Below are positions 38,319-52,675 of a stretch of 64,000 bases of DNA, piece by piece. This DNA is from Squalus acanthias (lineage: Eukaryota), in NCBI GenBank assembly GCA_030390025.1, contig CM059432.1, positions 104,100,001 through 104,164,000 of the forward strand, given 5' to 3'. Under the pieces are notes generated by a model that saw only the letters and a program-made list of their open reading frames with translations, did not search any database and had not been told where the DNA came from. Numbering within the stretch: position 1 is the stretch's first letter; each line of letters opens with the position of its first letter. Both the position numbers and the translations under genes were made by a program.

Positions 38319-40484
38319 AATTAAATAAATCTGTTGGACTATAACCTGGTGTTGTGCGACTTCTCATTTTTGCTTCATCAATGACCTTCCCTCCAACATA
38401 AGGTCAGAAGAAGGGATGTTCACTAATGATTGCAGTGTTCAGTTCCATTTGCAATTCCTCAGATAATGAAGCAGTCCATGCCCGCATGCAGCAAGACTTG
38501 GACAGCATCCAGGCTTAGGCTGATAAGTGGCAGGTAACATTCACGCCACACAAAGTGTCAGGCAATGACAATCACCTTAAACATTCACTCCTTCCACCAC
38601 CGGCATACCGTGGCTGCAGTGTGCAGCTTCTATAAGATGCACTGCAGCAACTAGCCATGGCTTTTATGACAGCATCTCCCAAACCTGCAACCTCTACCAC
38701 CTAGAAGAACAAGGGCACATGGGAACACCACCACCTCCAAGTTCCCCTCCAAATCACACACCATCCTGACTTGGAAATATATCGCCATTCCCTCATGTCG
38801 CTGGGTCAAAACTCTGGAACTCCCTGCCTAACAAAACTCTGGGGGTACCTTCGCCACAAGGACTGCAGTAGTTCAAGATGGCGACTCACCACCACCTTCT
38901 TAAGGGCAACTAGGGCTGGACAATGAATGCTGGCCTTACCAGAGACGCCCACATCCAGTGACGGAATAAATTAAAAAAATTAAAATACTCAGTGCAGCAG
39001 GTTTGTCCGATCCTCCCTTAGACTACTGCAGGTGGATGTTCAATTCATGGCTCCCTATCTTTCTGTCCACTGTTGTACTGCAATTTCACTGTCCCAAAAC
39101 CTCTCCCATTCCTCTTATTGCATTTGTTGACTGAATTAAGAAAAAAAAATTGGTAATGAAAGTAGAACCTCAAGTGAGTTGAGCGATCCTGTAATTGCAG
39201 TCAGTAATTCTAATTGGAATACCAGTGTGAAGTAATTTGATTTTTTGTTAGTGGTATAGTGGGTCTTAACAGTCAATTATAGCAGTACAATGGATATAAA
39301 GCATAATCTCTCCATTCTAGATAAGTAGTCTTAGCAAATTTTTGGTTGCTCTTCAGAATTTATACACACAATATATTCAGCATGCACCAGTCTCCTGAAA
39401 ATTTAAAAATCAATTCTGAGGCAACTCTTCATTAGTTGGACAGTTAAAATTGTAGCCAAGTATTCATTTATTTTCTACAGCTTGCTAGCAGACCAGGAGA
39501 AACTATTTGGCTCAAAACACTATTAACCACTCCATACTCTACTTGTATGTACTCGGATGTTGAGAACTGATTGCAGTAATCACAAGACTTACACCACAAA
39601 TGAATTCTGAGATTAACCAAGTTGAACACACAATTATTAATAATCAACAATACTGATTGTCTATTTTTCAATAAAAGCTGCCAATCATATGTAATAGCAG
39701 AAAGTGACTTATCCAATCACCATATGCCAGTGACCAATTATGAAAACGGACAGAATCGTAACTGTGCTTGTATCGGGGGAAAATCTTGGAATCCATTTGA
39801 ATGGAAACCAAGGCGCCTTGGTGAAATGGTGACTCTGTTCATAACCAAAACAGTTAGCATGAACAGTAAGCACCATTTTTCCATCAACATGAATATATGC
39901 TCGGTTGTAGCAGATTAACCAGGTGGTGGGCCAGTTAATATATATAGATTGATTGTGATTACTGGTTTTAAAATATCCAGAAAAGCTCAGGGTACTGTGG
40001 ATATATGATGTTATTTACTGTGTATATGTTCTTAGAATAGAAGTCTGCTGGTCAGTCTTTTGTATTCTAGGATTCGGCTGCTCCCTCAAGTTTGCTTTCA
40101 GAGCAAATACAGTTCACAGTCTATTCGTTTGGAGTTTGTATACGCTAAAAAAATAGAATTATTCAGTAAGTTTAATTAAGCAACTTTTAATTAAGAGGAG
40201 TATCCTGAAGATACTCAACCATGTTGATTGCTGCTGTGCCCCAGCAGAAGCATACCCTGAACTGAGAATCAAATATATCCTTTTGAACAGACTAGCTAAA
40301 ATTTAAGAATCTAGAAACAGAGCACATTTATGTAATGAAGAGACCCCACAATCGCAAAGATACTGTGTCTCGTTGATCACAAAAGAATCTTAGCAACACA
40401 CTATAGCGACAGCACGTCAGAGAGTAATGTTGGACTATGATAGGTACTGCTCAGCCTCCACAAAGTACCTATACCAAAATATAT

Positions 40485-41257
40485 AGAGAGAGATTACAAA
40501 ATGCTGCGGCACAGAGGGATCTGGGGGTCCTTGTGCACGAAACACAAAAAGTTAGCATGCAGGTACAGCAAGTAATCAGGAAGGCAAATGGAATGTTGGC
40601 CTTTATTGCAAGGGGGATGGAGTATAAAAGCAGGGAAGTCCTGCTTCAACTGTACAGGGTATTGGTGAGACCACACCTGGAGTACAGTTTTGGTCTCCTT
40701 ATTTAAGGAGGGATATACTTGCATTGGAGGCAGTTCAGAGAAGGTTCACGAGGTTGATTCCTGAGATGAAGGGGTTGACTTATGAAGAAAGGTTGAGCAG
40801 GTTGGGCCTATACTCATTGGAGTTTAGAAGAATGAGAGGTGATCTTATTGAAACATATAAGATACTGAGGGGGCTCGACAAGGTAGATGCAGAGAAGATA
40901 TTTCCCCTAATGGGGGAATCTAGAACTAGGGGGCATAGTTTCAGAATAAGGGGTCGCCCATTTAAAACTGAGATGAGGAGGGATTTCTTATCTCAGAGGG
41001 TCGTAAATCTGTGGAATTCTCTGCCCCAGAGAGCTGTGGAGGCTGGGTCATTGAATATATTTAAGGTGGAGATAGACAGATTTTTGAACAATAAGGGAGT
41101 GATGGGTTATGGGGAGCAAGCAAGGAAATGGTGTTATGGGGAGCGGGCAGGGAAATGGAGCTGAGCCTAAGATCAGATCAGCCATGATCTCATTAAATGA
41201 CGGAGCAGGCTCGAGGGGCCAAATGGCCTACTCCTGCTCCTAGTTCTTATGTTCTTA
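40485..41257 (+). mobile_element. CR1 LINE 3' portion
   Basis: RDLGVLVHETQKVSMQVQQVIRKANG...LEFRRMRGDLIETYKIL; tail ggcctactcctgctcctagttcttatgttctta. Confidence 0.95.
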
Positions 41258-42379
41258 AATTTTAAAAATGAGAGGGAGCATATTGTTAAAAAAAATTTAA
41301 GTGCTTCCATGTCTCAGCACTTTCACTGTGAAAATGACTCCGGTGAATAACCACCAGTGGTCTGGATACCACTAATCTCCAGCAAAAGTCAATACGATAC
41401 TAAAATACTTTCGTTCTCCTATATTTATTTTTATATTAATTAAGGGACTGACATTCACAGCACAGCATAAAATAGAATATCCAACAGGGCTAAATGTGAT
41501 CGTTTATACAACAAAGGAACACAGTCACTATCAATTAGGTGTTATGCATAGGGTTTCTGGCTGTTATTTTTTATTTCTGCTTCTGATTTTTATCCATTGA
41601 ATTTGCAGTATTATACGGTGCTTTCATTAAAAAAATGCTAAATTCAGTAAACTCAGGAAAAGGAAGTAACAAGTGTACTGGTGCGATCATGCAGGCAGGA
41701 GTTAGTTTAAATTTTAAATTCAGGTTGCTGGACCAGTGGACAGTAATGATGCCAACATGTTCCAGCCAGAGGTTGTGAATATCGACCTTTTTCTTCAACA
41801 TTTTTTCCTTTAGTTCTGTGTCTTTTAAATCATGCTACCAAAATAAATACAGTTTCAAAATTTCCAGTCTTGTTTTATCAGACATGATTAATTATATCCA
41901 AAAATCAGAAACCTCAGTTATACAATAGTCGCATTTGTATAAATGGATCACATATTCCATGGTCAATGGGCTTCAGTGTTACACCACACAGATTCACAAG
42001 CCACACTATTTCCACTATGCTCCTATGCAGGTACAATTGTGTATGTTAGGAAGGAGGCCTGTTAATGTAATTGGGGGGGGGGGGGGGGAGGAAAGAGGGA
42101 GGGGACAGACAGACAGACATGCATTTATATAGTGCCCTTCACGACCTCAGGACATCCCAAAGCGTTTTACAGCCAATGAGGTACTTTTGAAGTGTAGTTG
42201 TAATGTAGGAAACATTCTAGGAGAAAAATAAAACAGGAGGTAAAAATAAAGATCACAGTGCAACATTAGAGGGAATTGGAAAAAAAAAGTTACAGAAAAC
42301 CTAAATAGAATCTTGCAATAAACACTCCAAAGATACACTAGGGGTACAAATATAACAGGCCAATTGACAAGGTATATGC

Positions 42380-43090
42380 CCATGGGATAGATGGCAAAGT
42401 TTTAGGCTGGAGTGCAGTGTCTGGAAGCTGGACAACAAAACGCAGTGATGAATGGGGAAGGATTATGGAAACTGGATGATACTGGAGTTCCAGAGTAAGT
42501 GTTGGGGGTGCTGTTTGTAATTTTCATAAATGATTTGGAGGACTGAACATTTTCCTAGGTCCTAGTCTAAGTTTTTGGAAGACATCAAATTGGCTCCCGT
42601 GGTCAATGATGCCACCCAATGTGTGGTAATTCAAAAGGATTTTGACAGGCGATTTCATTAAGCAAGTGGTGGAATTCAACACAGATGAGGATAAAATCAT
42701 TAGATAAATGACAAGAATGTGGAGCAATTATTAAATGGTAATATGATGGAGGTAACAGCAGGAAACTGAACTGTGGGTTATGATGGATAGGTTATTAAAA
42801 CGGTCAGTTCAGTGTTTGCAGTCAGTCAAAAAGTAGATAAAATGTTCCTCCTTTTAAGTGATCTTGAAGTTGCATCTGGCCTTGGTGAGATTGCTTTCTC
42901 GAGTCTTGTGTTCAGCTTTGGTCTTCATATTATAAAATTCATATAAAAGTTCATATAAAGAAGGGGGAAAAAAGAGAGGGTTTCCAGACTGATGCCTGAA
43001 CTTAAGAGCTAGGCTTGTGAGTAAAGATGATCTACCCTGGGACTTAACTCGAGAGGGAGAGGGGCTTGATAGAGCTCTTTAAATTTTTCA
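42380..43090 (+). mobile_element. Ancient, highly decayed CR1 fragment
   Basis: Residual RT motifs (ggagttccagagtaagtgttggggg ~ GVPQGSVLG; ttcataaatgatttggag ~ FINDLE). Confidence 0.55.
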
Positions 43091-43204
43091 GGGCTACTAG
43101 TGAATTTCCTGTAGCTTTGTCCACAAAGTCAGGAAAAAACAAAATTCCCTCAGAGTGCACCAGTGATGTCATAGGTATCAGTATGGGGATCTGCAATTCT
43201 GGAT

Positions 43205-43235
43205 CTCCATCTAGTGGTACAAGTGTGTAGCTGCA
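43205..43235 (-). promoter_or_regulatory. Candidate CTCF site with upstream U motif
   Basis: Minus strand TGCAG-ctacacacttgta-CCACTAGATGGAG matches CCASYAGRKGGC at 11/12 positions, with TGCAG at a plausible spacing. Motif match only. Confidence 0.35.
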
Positions 43236-43455
43236 GACATCACTGTGCGTCAGAATGATGATGCCCAAATAAAAAAAGTGCACGACATGCATAACAAATT
43301 TAATATATTACTAGTGTGGCACCTCGTCATTTGGTGTACCTCGCAAAGTAGTTCCGCAAATGTTGTCGCACAGAGCCTAAAGACTACATAAAATCAGCTT
43401 AGTTCTTTTCAAAACGAGCAATCATGTGTACATGAAGATCTGCTGGATTTTGACA

Positions 43456-44590
43456 AAAAGAACATAAGAACATAAGAAGTAGGAGCAGGAGTAGGCCATA
43501 CGACCCTTCGGGCCTGCTCCGCCATTCAATAGGATCATGGCTGATCCGAACCTAGACTCACGTCCACTTCCCTGCCCGCTCCCCATAACCCTTAATTTCC
43601 TTATCAGCTAGGAAACTGTCTATCTCCGTTTTAAATTTATTTAATGTTGCAGCTTCCACAGCTCTCTAAGGTAGCAAATTCCATAGATTTACTACCCTCT
43701 GAGTGAAGAAGTTTCTCCTCATCTCAGTTTTGAAACGGCAGCCCCTTATTCTAAGATTATGCCCCCTAGTTCTAGTCTCACCCATCAGTGGAAACATCCT
43801 CCCTGCCTCCACCCGATCAAGCCCCCTCACAATCTTATATGTTTCGATAAGATCGCCTCTCATTCTTCTGAATTCCAATGAGTAGAGGCCCAACCTACTC
43901 AACCTTTCCTCATAAGTCAACCCCCTCATCTCCGGAATCAACCGAGTGAACCTTCTCTGAACTGCCTCGAGAGCAAGTATATCTTTTCTTAAATATGGAA
44001 ACCAAAACTGTACGCAGTACTCCAGGTGTGGCCTCACCAGTACCCTGTATAGCTGAAGCAAGACTTCCCTGCTCTTATACTCCATCCCCCTTGCAATAAA
44101 AGCCAAGATTCCATTGGCCTTCCTGATCACCTGCTGTACCTGCATACTAACCTTCTGTGTTTCATGCACCAGGACCCCCAGATCCCTTTGTACTGTAGCA
44201 CTTTGCAGTTTCTTTCCATTTAGATAATAACTTGCTCTTTGATTTTTTCTGCCAAAGTGCATAACCTCACACTTTCCGACATTATATTCCATCTGCCAAA
44301 TTTCCGCCCACTCACTTAGCCTGTCTATGTCCTTTTGCAGGTTTTTTATGTCCACTGCTTTCCCTCCCATCTTTGTATCGTCAGCAAACTTGGATACGTT
44401 GCACTTGGTCCCCTCCTCCAAATCGTTAATATAGATTGTAAAGAGTTGGGGTCCCAGCACTGACCCCTGCGGAACACCACTAGTTACTGATTGCCAACCC
44501 GAGAATGAACCATTTATCCCAACTTTCTGTTTTCTGTTAGATAGCCAATCTTCCACCCATGCCAGTATATTACCCCCAATCCCGTGATTT
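43456..44590 (-). mobile_element. CR1 LINE 3' portion, relatively young (296-aa open RT segment)
   Basis: SGVPQGSVLGPQLFTIYINDL...SKFADDTKMGG; tail (ttcttatg)n. Confidence 0.96.
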
Positions 44591-44929
44591 TAAAAAAATT
44601 AAAAAAAATTATTGGCATTTAACTTCATCTAAGCTTGCAACTTGACTGACCTAATTTTTTTTAAATTTGGTTTCCAACTGAATTAAAATATAGAGGTGGA
44701 CACTGGTGCAATATATAGCACCTCTGCTGGATCCCTAGATCAACTTCTGCTGGCTCGTGGTCAACTCTCCACTATTCCACCAACTCTGCCCCTTGAATGC
44801 CACCTGATTCCACTCCATCTCTGAATCTGGACACTCGTTCATGAACGCTCAAGCTGACTCCATCCTGTGTATAAGTCAACTTCATCCCATCACAGAACCT
44901 CAGACTTTAACTTTGGACTTTCTCATATT

Positions 44930-45300
44930 GGCCCGGATTTTGTGGTGGTAATGACGGCGAAACTGTCACGTTCGTCATCATGACCCCTCTGAAACTGACT
45001 GCAACTTCAGGATTTAGTGCATGCACAGATCAACACGGAAATCCTGAAGTTACGGTCAGTTATTCCCTACGCCGCCACAGGTTGCGCTGTGGAACCACCC
45101 ACCCCACACACCAAAGATGGGCTAAATAGTCTCCCTATTGTTATCCACAGGACTGGCATCCCACCCAGCTCCCATTCCATTTCTGCTTTATGTACAGGAT
45201 AAAGTTATAGACCAACTTCCAAACTTCCTTTTTATATACAGGTTACAAAAGTTTAAAAACCTACTGAAACAGTTAATGTTACTTACCATATAAATGTAAA
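44930..45300. mobile_element. Truncated or degenerate MITE related to the AWT-target family
   Basis: Starts att|ggcccggatttt. Internal inverted repeat actgactgcaacttcaggattt / aaatcctgaagttacggtcagt. Right end not identified. Confidence 0.5.
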
Positions 45301-46029
45301 ACATCTACTTTAAATGTATTAATATACAAGAAATGACAGGTGCTGCCACCAGGAATATTGGTACCACTGACCATTGTTTTAATATGTATTTGGATTACCT
45401 CAAAAAATAAAAACACTGTTCTAATAAGGTTCAACAGCTCCTTTTGAACAGTACCAGCAATTTTTTTAAGCAGTAACACCTTGACCCTCATTTTGTCTGT
45501 TATTAAAAATTATTTCTTGAATTTAAAGGAGCACTGGTGCTTGAAATCCCACCCTAGCCATCTTTCAGAATTCTTAAATGCAGGAACAAAAATTGCTATG
45601 GGGAATTATCACAAGGAACTCACAATAGGAAGAAATTATAGATTCTATCGCATGCATTTTGGAAAATTGAAGATTTATATTATTTTATCAAATTTAACTC
45701 AATATGGCATTTTGATTAACAGTCAAAGCTAAGGCAGCATGGCAGGCACATCACAAAGAAAGATCTGATTTCCTGAAACTATTACAGGAAAAAACAGTTC
45801 TGCTCGCTCTTCATTTTTCTAGCAGAAAATTGAAAAGGTTAATAACAGAGGGCATGGATATTCACAATGCATCATGAACAGAATTGTGTGTAGAGAACTA
45901 GATGATGCAGTGGGTTGTAAACACTGCTCCTCAGAAGTCTAATTGAAAGGATATAATGGTTTCCAAACAACAAAACCTATTAAATGACCCAAGTATAAAG
46001 AGGTCAACTCGTCTCAGCATACAATGCCC

Positions 46030-47100
46030 AGTGGATCTAAACCATGGTATAAAACTATGTTCATATTTACCCCTAGAACAACCTCTGCTGGCACATGATC
46101 AACTTTCCTCCTCCTCAACCTTCTGATTCCATTGATTACCTTCAGCAGTACACCTACTGATAATCTGCCCCTTGAATGGCTCCTGGATTTACGTTATCTC
46201 TATAACTGCCTCCAAACATGGACATTGGTTTTTGAATGCTCCCGGGTCGGCTGAATTCACCCCATCTACATGGCAATCTCATCCCAGCACAGCACTTCAG
46301 ACTTTAACTGGGAGTCTCTCATATCACCTCCTCCCTGTTCTGTTTGCAACCAGGAGACGTCCCTCCTAATCTCTGCCATGCCTATATAACCGGAATTCCG
46401 TGTGTCCATTTGCGTGCCCTTTTTGGCTGATGCTCCATCTCGCCCTAGTTTCTCTCCCATGTTCCCTTATGCCCAGTCCGAGCTCGTCTGGTGTTCAAGA
46501 TCCACCTCCTGTTCCCTTGACCCCGTTCCCACTAAACTACAAGCCACTCAACTTCAGTTCCAGTACCCAATGTTAGTTGGCATTTAAGTGTTTTCCTCTA
46601 CTCAGGTACAGTTTCCCTTCCTTTCAAAACCACCTTTATCCCCCTGCTTAAAAACCCCACCCTAAATCCCTCTGTTCTTGAAAACTACCGTCCCATCTCC
46701 AACTTCTATTTCCTTTCCAAAGTCCTTGAGCATGTCGTCATTCCCAAATCCATGTTTGCCTTTCCCACAACTCCACATTTGAACCTCCTTAATCAGCTTT
46801 CCACCCATGCCAAAGCACCAAAACAGTCCTAATCAAAGTCGTGGAAGTGACTGTGGTGCATTATCCCTCCTCAACCTTTCTACAGCCTGAGACATGGTCT
46901 ACCACACCATCTTCCTCCAATGCTTCTCCTTCACTGTCCAGCGCAGTTGGACTACCCTCACTTGGTTCCACTGTTACCTATCCGATCATATCTAAAGCAT
47001 TTACAGCAAAGGTTTCTCATTCCATCACCTTTGGAGTACGCCAGGAACCATCCTAAGGCCCATCCTCTTCCTCATCTGCATCTAATATTTATACATGCTC
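46030..47100 (+). mobile_element. Degenerate L2 fragment (RT N-terminal half)
   Basis: SCSLDPVPTKL; aactaccgtcccatctccaac (NYRPISN); overlaps homology with 21262-21460. Confidence 0.75.
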
Positions 47101-47994
47101 ACAAAAAGTGTTTTCTTTATAAGAGTATCATTTTTAAATATATAGTAGCTGTAGAATAGTTCCTATCCAATTAGTGACATAAATTATAATGCCACGTATA
47201 TTTAGTGGTTCATCAAAAGAATTTCATCTTTCATTACTCAAAATAAACATTCCTGTTGGGAATCAATTAGACTGAAACAATACACTTAGTTTTGATTTCA
47301 AATTCCACTTTTCTTTTGAAGGCCCCACAATTAAGGCACTGAAGTAGAATTTTTGTTCAGGAAATATGTAATGCAAATACAGATAAACCACATCAGATGA
47401 GTGCATTTTTTTTGAAAAAAATGTTAGATTTAGCCCATCAATTTGATTCCTGTATAATATCTGGAAGAATTAGCTACTGTGACTTTGAGAGACTAAAAGG
47501 GGGAAATGCATAGATATGTGTATGTGTACAACGAATGAGAACACAAACCAGCGCAATAGCTAACTGCCAGACAATAATTTTAATAGTTTACTTGCTTTTT
47601 GATCTACTAGTGCAGTAACATTACTCAACAGACTGCTTTCACATGAAATCTATAGTATGGAACATAAGTTATTCAAGTTTATGCCAAATTTATTCTTCAA
47701 TTAAAATAGTAGTTTCCATTCTTGCACAATAACCACCAGCATTTCCCTAAATAGTACCTCTGCCAATGTGCAACCTTCAAAACTTTATACAAGAAACACA
47801 AAACAGAACACTATATAAAATAATTTTCCATTTTTTTTTAAATCTGTCCCATTCACTGGTTATGGATTACTACATCTGTATTCACAACTGTACAAATATG
47901 CTCAACCCTTTTATTGACTTTCCTGATAATTTCAAAACAAATATCAGTTCTCCACTGGAGAATTCAAATGCTAAGTTTTAAAAAATGTTTCAGG

Positions 47995-48310
47995 AGTGAG
48001 AGTGTCACAGTGGGTTAAGCACAGTACCATTTCACTTTTGAGGAGTGATTTTGAATCCATCCAAAACGGAGAAATCTTTTCATCCTGCTCGAAGGTCCCT
48101 ATGTAAAACAAAGTTGGTAAGTCTCAAACCAGTTGTGTGTGTGCATAGGGTACAGCGGAAACGGCTATGTCCTCAAAAATGTGTTGGAAATACAGGGGAG
48201 AAAAGTAACACGGTTGCACCATGGTATGAACTGGAGGCTGGGGTTACAGCATATTGTTGCTGTGCACTTCAACTGGTAATAGTTGGCCCGAGAATACCTG
48301 CTTTCAGACA
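47995..48310 (+). mobile_element. Ancient SINE, possibly LF-SINE-related (similar tail at ~5610-5795)
   Basis: tRNA-like head; cctatgtaaaacaaagttggtaagtctcaaaccagtt resembles the recalled LF-SINE core. Confidence 0.35.
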
Positions 48311-51223
48311 CCCAGCGTTAGCATGGGAAAATGTTCCATGTTAAACAACTAAACGATGATCGCAAAAGTTAGTTGCATCCAGCTCGGTAATAAACTCCAA
48401 TTCAACTTTGCTTGTGCTTTGCCATACCACACATCCAGAGAGATCCTGATCAGGAAAACATATTATAACTGATCTGGTGTATCAAACAATGTTCTGTAGT
48501 TAGAAGCATCAGCCCAATTTTGTAATTTCACAAAAGCTACAAAAGGTTTAGAAGAAATGGTCTAATCTGCAAAGATCAATTAGAACATGTTTAAAGTTGG
48601 GGCTCAACACAATCGACAATAATCATGCTCTTCAGGCTGAAAGAAACTTGTATTTCTCAGAATACACTACCACCCTATAATTCTTGATATAACGAGTCAT
48701 TAAATTGATCCTCCTTTCCACCTCACTTGGTCCTGATAGTACATTTGCTATCTCTGATTTTTTTTTTTTTTTTTAAAAGCTGACCTTTTCTGCTTCACTT
48801 TTCTTCTCCAACTCCAATGCTGTCCACCTTGATAAGGAACCCCCTTCATTCTACTGCATCATTGTTGACTATCAAATTTTATCCCCACCAGGTCTGTGGA
48901 ATCCCTCAGCCTTTCCTTTCTCCTACAATCCTCAGGCTTTAAAACATAAGATTGTCACCCTCTAATCACTATTTTCTGATTGGCCTCATCATCTTTTACT
49001 CTTTCCAAGCAAACTGGCGTACTGACCAATGACCTTAGTGCCACACAATGAGGTGTCAGTTTAAAAAAAAATAATCAAAATACAACACTCCCACGCGCCT
49101 TTCATTTTTTTCCATCTGACAAAACCATATCAATTTATTTCTTTCAATTTACAGTTAAATAACTTTTTTAACAAATATTAAACTAGTTAAATGCAAACAT
49201 CTGGGTTTGATTCAAACATCTTAATATGATTCAAGAACATAATAAACACAGGTGTATGATATGGCTGACAGAGCAACAGAAAGAAATCCTGTGAACCAGA
49301 AACCAAAATCAAGAGCGGAGAATTTTAAATGACAAATATCACACTAAAAAGGTGAGTGATTGACATTTCTTGTGCATTAATGAATGAATGGGCAACTCTC
49401 CCAAAGTTGTAATCCTTTTATAACTTCTGGAAAGCTTGGCGAGAGGGAGAAAACTATCTGCTTACAGCCTAGTGCAGATAACTGCACAACAGACGAGTCT
49501 CCAAGCAGGAAAGAAGATGCAACAACCAGCTTTAGTGACCACTATTAGAATGAGACTGCCACCAGCTTTCTTAATCTTTTTCTCCTCCTCATTTGAAATT
49601 TTTACTCATTATTAGAAATATCTGCTGGCAAAGAAAATACATTTAGATTGTGTGCACCAGCATTAAGCACTCTCAGCTCACATGGAGCTTTCATGTGCAA
49701 ACTACAAAACATCATGGCATGCCAGATGTTTGATCACTCATACCAGAACCTAAGTCTTGTGACACGAATGCCACCACCAATGATCATGAGTACACCCAGC
49801 ATAAAGTTGCTGAAGCTTCCTTTTTTTTGTAAAGCCACAGTGAGTCTCATCTTGAAGTCACAAGCCGCAAGGATCCCAATTCAAGACCCTGAGATAGCAA
49901 AGGGATGTCCAATTTGAGCTCTCCCAATGAAGGGTATATAATGGAAAAAAACATAAGCAACTGTGTACTTCAGTTCTTGCTAATTAAAAATGTTCCCAAA
50001 ACACTACAACAGTTATTCATAGCAATTTTGATTCAAGAATTAATAAATTGAGCTATAATCATCATAGACTACAGTAGGTCATCTTTCTTCTCGTCCCCAA
50101 AACAAACACAGGCGCAGACACTCTTGCATACATTTCAAAAATAAAATATTCAGGTCATGAAAAAATTACATTTGGGTAGAGAAAAATAACTTTAAATGTT
50201 GACCTGTGCCACTGGAGCTGTACAGTGAAGCTGGAGCCATAATGTCCAATTCCATCATCAAGCTACAAAATCATAAAGATTCCCTTTGAATTTCCTACAG
50301 CTTATATACTTGACAGCCTGACTAAGATGAGCAATTATTGAGGATCTCAGTTACATTTTAAGCTGATTTTACCAATCTGAAAGTAATTCCCAAGTTATAC
50401 CTTCAAACTTCTATACACTTCAGGTCAGGATGGCCTTAAAAAGATTTGCAAATAATTTATACAGGGCGTTTCACAAATTTATTCATGTGCTGCGATGCAT
50501 TGAATTACCTACCCAATGCAAACACTTTCAATTTCTAGCCAATTCCATTAAGCAAGAGAGGGAAAAATTCAAAGAAACAGCACAGGTGCAACTTTGCTTC
50601 ACAAGAAATAATTCCACTCAGAAAAAGATTCTTAGTTGCAAAAGTACTGCAACTACACAGAGGGGAGTGTTACCCACTAATGAAAAGAAAGCAAGTAATT
50701 TGATGATGTGTTGTTTTTAAATTTGGCTGGTTTATCAAGTCAGTTTAAAACAAAAGCCAAGAGAAATAATTGGCACATATGAAAAGAAGAAATAATAAAT
50801 CAAAACCGAGTCAAAGACTGGGTGAAAATATTAAGACACTAAACATTTGGATGACAAATAGAGGCTTACAAAGATAAAAATACAAGTTAGTAGAAAATAC
50901 AAAACACAACAAAGATTAAGGCATATAAAATTTAAAACAAAAAAGAGAAATAGGGACTTGATAGAAAAAGGTTACCATGATAGACAATTAGTTCTGCTCC
51001 GCCCATTATAATCATCATCCACTGTTCAATCCAAAACCACTCAATAAAAAGTTCCAATATTGCAGCCTTATCATAGAAATTTACAGCACAGAAGGAGGCC
51101 ATTCGGCCTTCATGTCTGTGCCAGCCAAAAAAGAGCCATCCAGCCGAATCCCACTTTCCAGATTTTGGTCCATTGCCTTGTAGGTTACGGCACTTCAAGT
51201 GCATATCCAAGTACTTTTTAAAT

Positions 51224-51496
51224 CTTCTTAAGCAGTCCCTCGGAACCGAGGATGACTTGCTTCCACATTAAAAATGAGTTTGCAGGTGACTGATGAGTCC
51301 AATGCGGGACCTACAGTCTCTATCACAGGTGGGGCAGACGGTGGTTGAAGGGGCGGGTGGGGTGCTTGGGTTGACGTGCGCTCCTTGCGCCTGGCTTCCG
51401 CTTGCTCCCGGCGAAGAGACTCGAGGTGTTCGGCGCCTTCCTGGATGCTTCTCCTCCACTTTGTGCGGTCTTGGGCCAGGGATTCCCAGGTGTCGG
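51224..51496 (-). mobile_element. RTE-clade LINE 3' end nested in CR1
   Basis: DTWESLAQDRTKWRRSIQEG...CPTCDRDCRSRIGLISH; tail ...gagggactgcttaagaag. 5-bp duplication taaat at 51219-23 and 51497-501. Confidence 0.88.
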
Positions 51497-52675
51497 TAAA
51501 TACGATGAGGGTTTCTGCCTCTACCACCCTTTCAGGCAGTGAGTTCCAGACACCCTCTGGGTGAAAAAAGTTCTCAACTCTCTTTAATCCTTCTACCAAT
51601 TACTTTAAATCTATGCCCCCTGGTTGTTGGCCCATCTGCTCAGGGAAATAGGTCCTTCCTATATACTCTGTCTAGGCACCTCATAAGTTTATGCACCTCA
51701 CTTAAGTTTCCCTTCAGCCTCCTCTGTACCAAAGAAAACAACCCCAGCCTATCCAATCTTTCCTCATAGTTAAAATTCTCCAGTCTGGGCAACATCCTTG
51801 TAAATCTTCTATGTACCCTCTCTAGTGCAATCACATCTTTCCTGTAATGTGGTGACCAGAACTGTACACAGTACTCTAGCTGTGGCCTAACCAGTGCTTT
51901 ATACCGTTCAAGCATAACCTCCCTGCTCTTGTATTCAATGCTTCAGCTAATAAAGCAAAGTATCCCATATGCCTTCCTAACCACTTTATCTACCTGCCCT
52001 GCTACCTTCAAGGATCTGTGGACATGTACTCCAAAGTGTCTCTGTTCCTCCACACTTCTCAGTATCCTACCATTTATTGTGTATTCCCTTGCCTCGTTAG
52101 CCCTCCCCAAATGCATTACCTCACACTTCTCCGGACTGAATTACATTTGCCACTTTTCTGCCCACCTGACCAGTCCGTTGATATCTTCCTGCAGTCTACA
52201 GCTTTCTTCCTCACTATCAAGCACACGGCCAAATTTTGTATCTGCAAACTTCTTAATCATGGCCCCTACATTGAAGTCTAAATCATTGATATATACCACA
52301 AAAAGCAAGGGACCTAGTACTGAGCCCTACGGAACCCCACTGTAAACAGCCTTCCAGTCACAAAAACACCCATCAACCATTACCCTTTGCTCCTGCCAAT
52401 GAGCCACTTTTGGATCCAATTTGCCACTTTCCCTTGGATCCCATGGGCTTTTACTTTTCTGACCAGTCGACCATGTGGGATCTTGCCAAAAGCCTTGCTA
52501 AAATCCATGTAGACTACATCAAACGCACTACCCTCATCGACCCTCCTGGTTACCTCCTCAAAAAATTAAATCAAGTTAGTCAGACAAGACCTACCCCTCA
52601 CAAATCCATGCTGAATGAACTTGATTAATCCGTGCCTATTTCATCTAATATTTCACACTCCTGCACAACTACATT

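Larger units (their letters stand above)
37926..38370 (-). mobile_element. PLE family B insertion with inverted pLTRs
   Basis: 13-bp TSD tgcttcatcaatg at 37913-37925 and 38371-38383. Perfect 111-bp inverted repeats at 37957-38067 and 38262-38372 around a 194-bp spacer. One arm has a ~31-bp tail extension, typical of PLE pLTRs. Confidence 0.85.
37887..38980 (+). mobile_element. HER1-like LINE 3' fragment with internal deletion, interrupted by PLE family B
   Basis: Homologous to 4510-4735 and 5040-5420, with the same tail. Confidence 0.85.
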
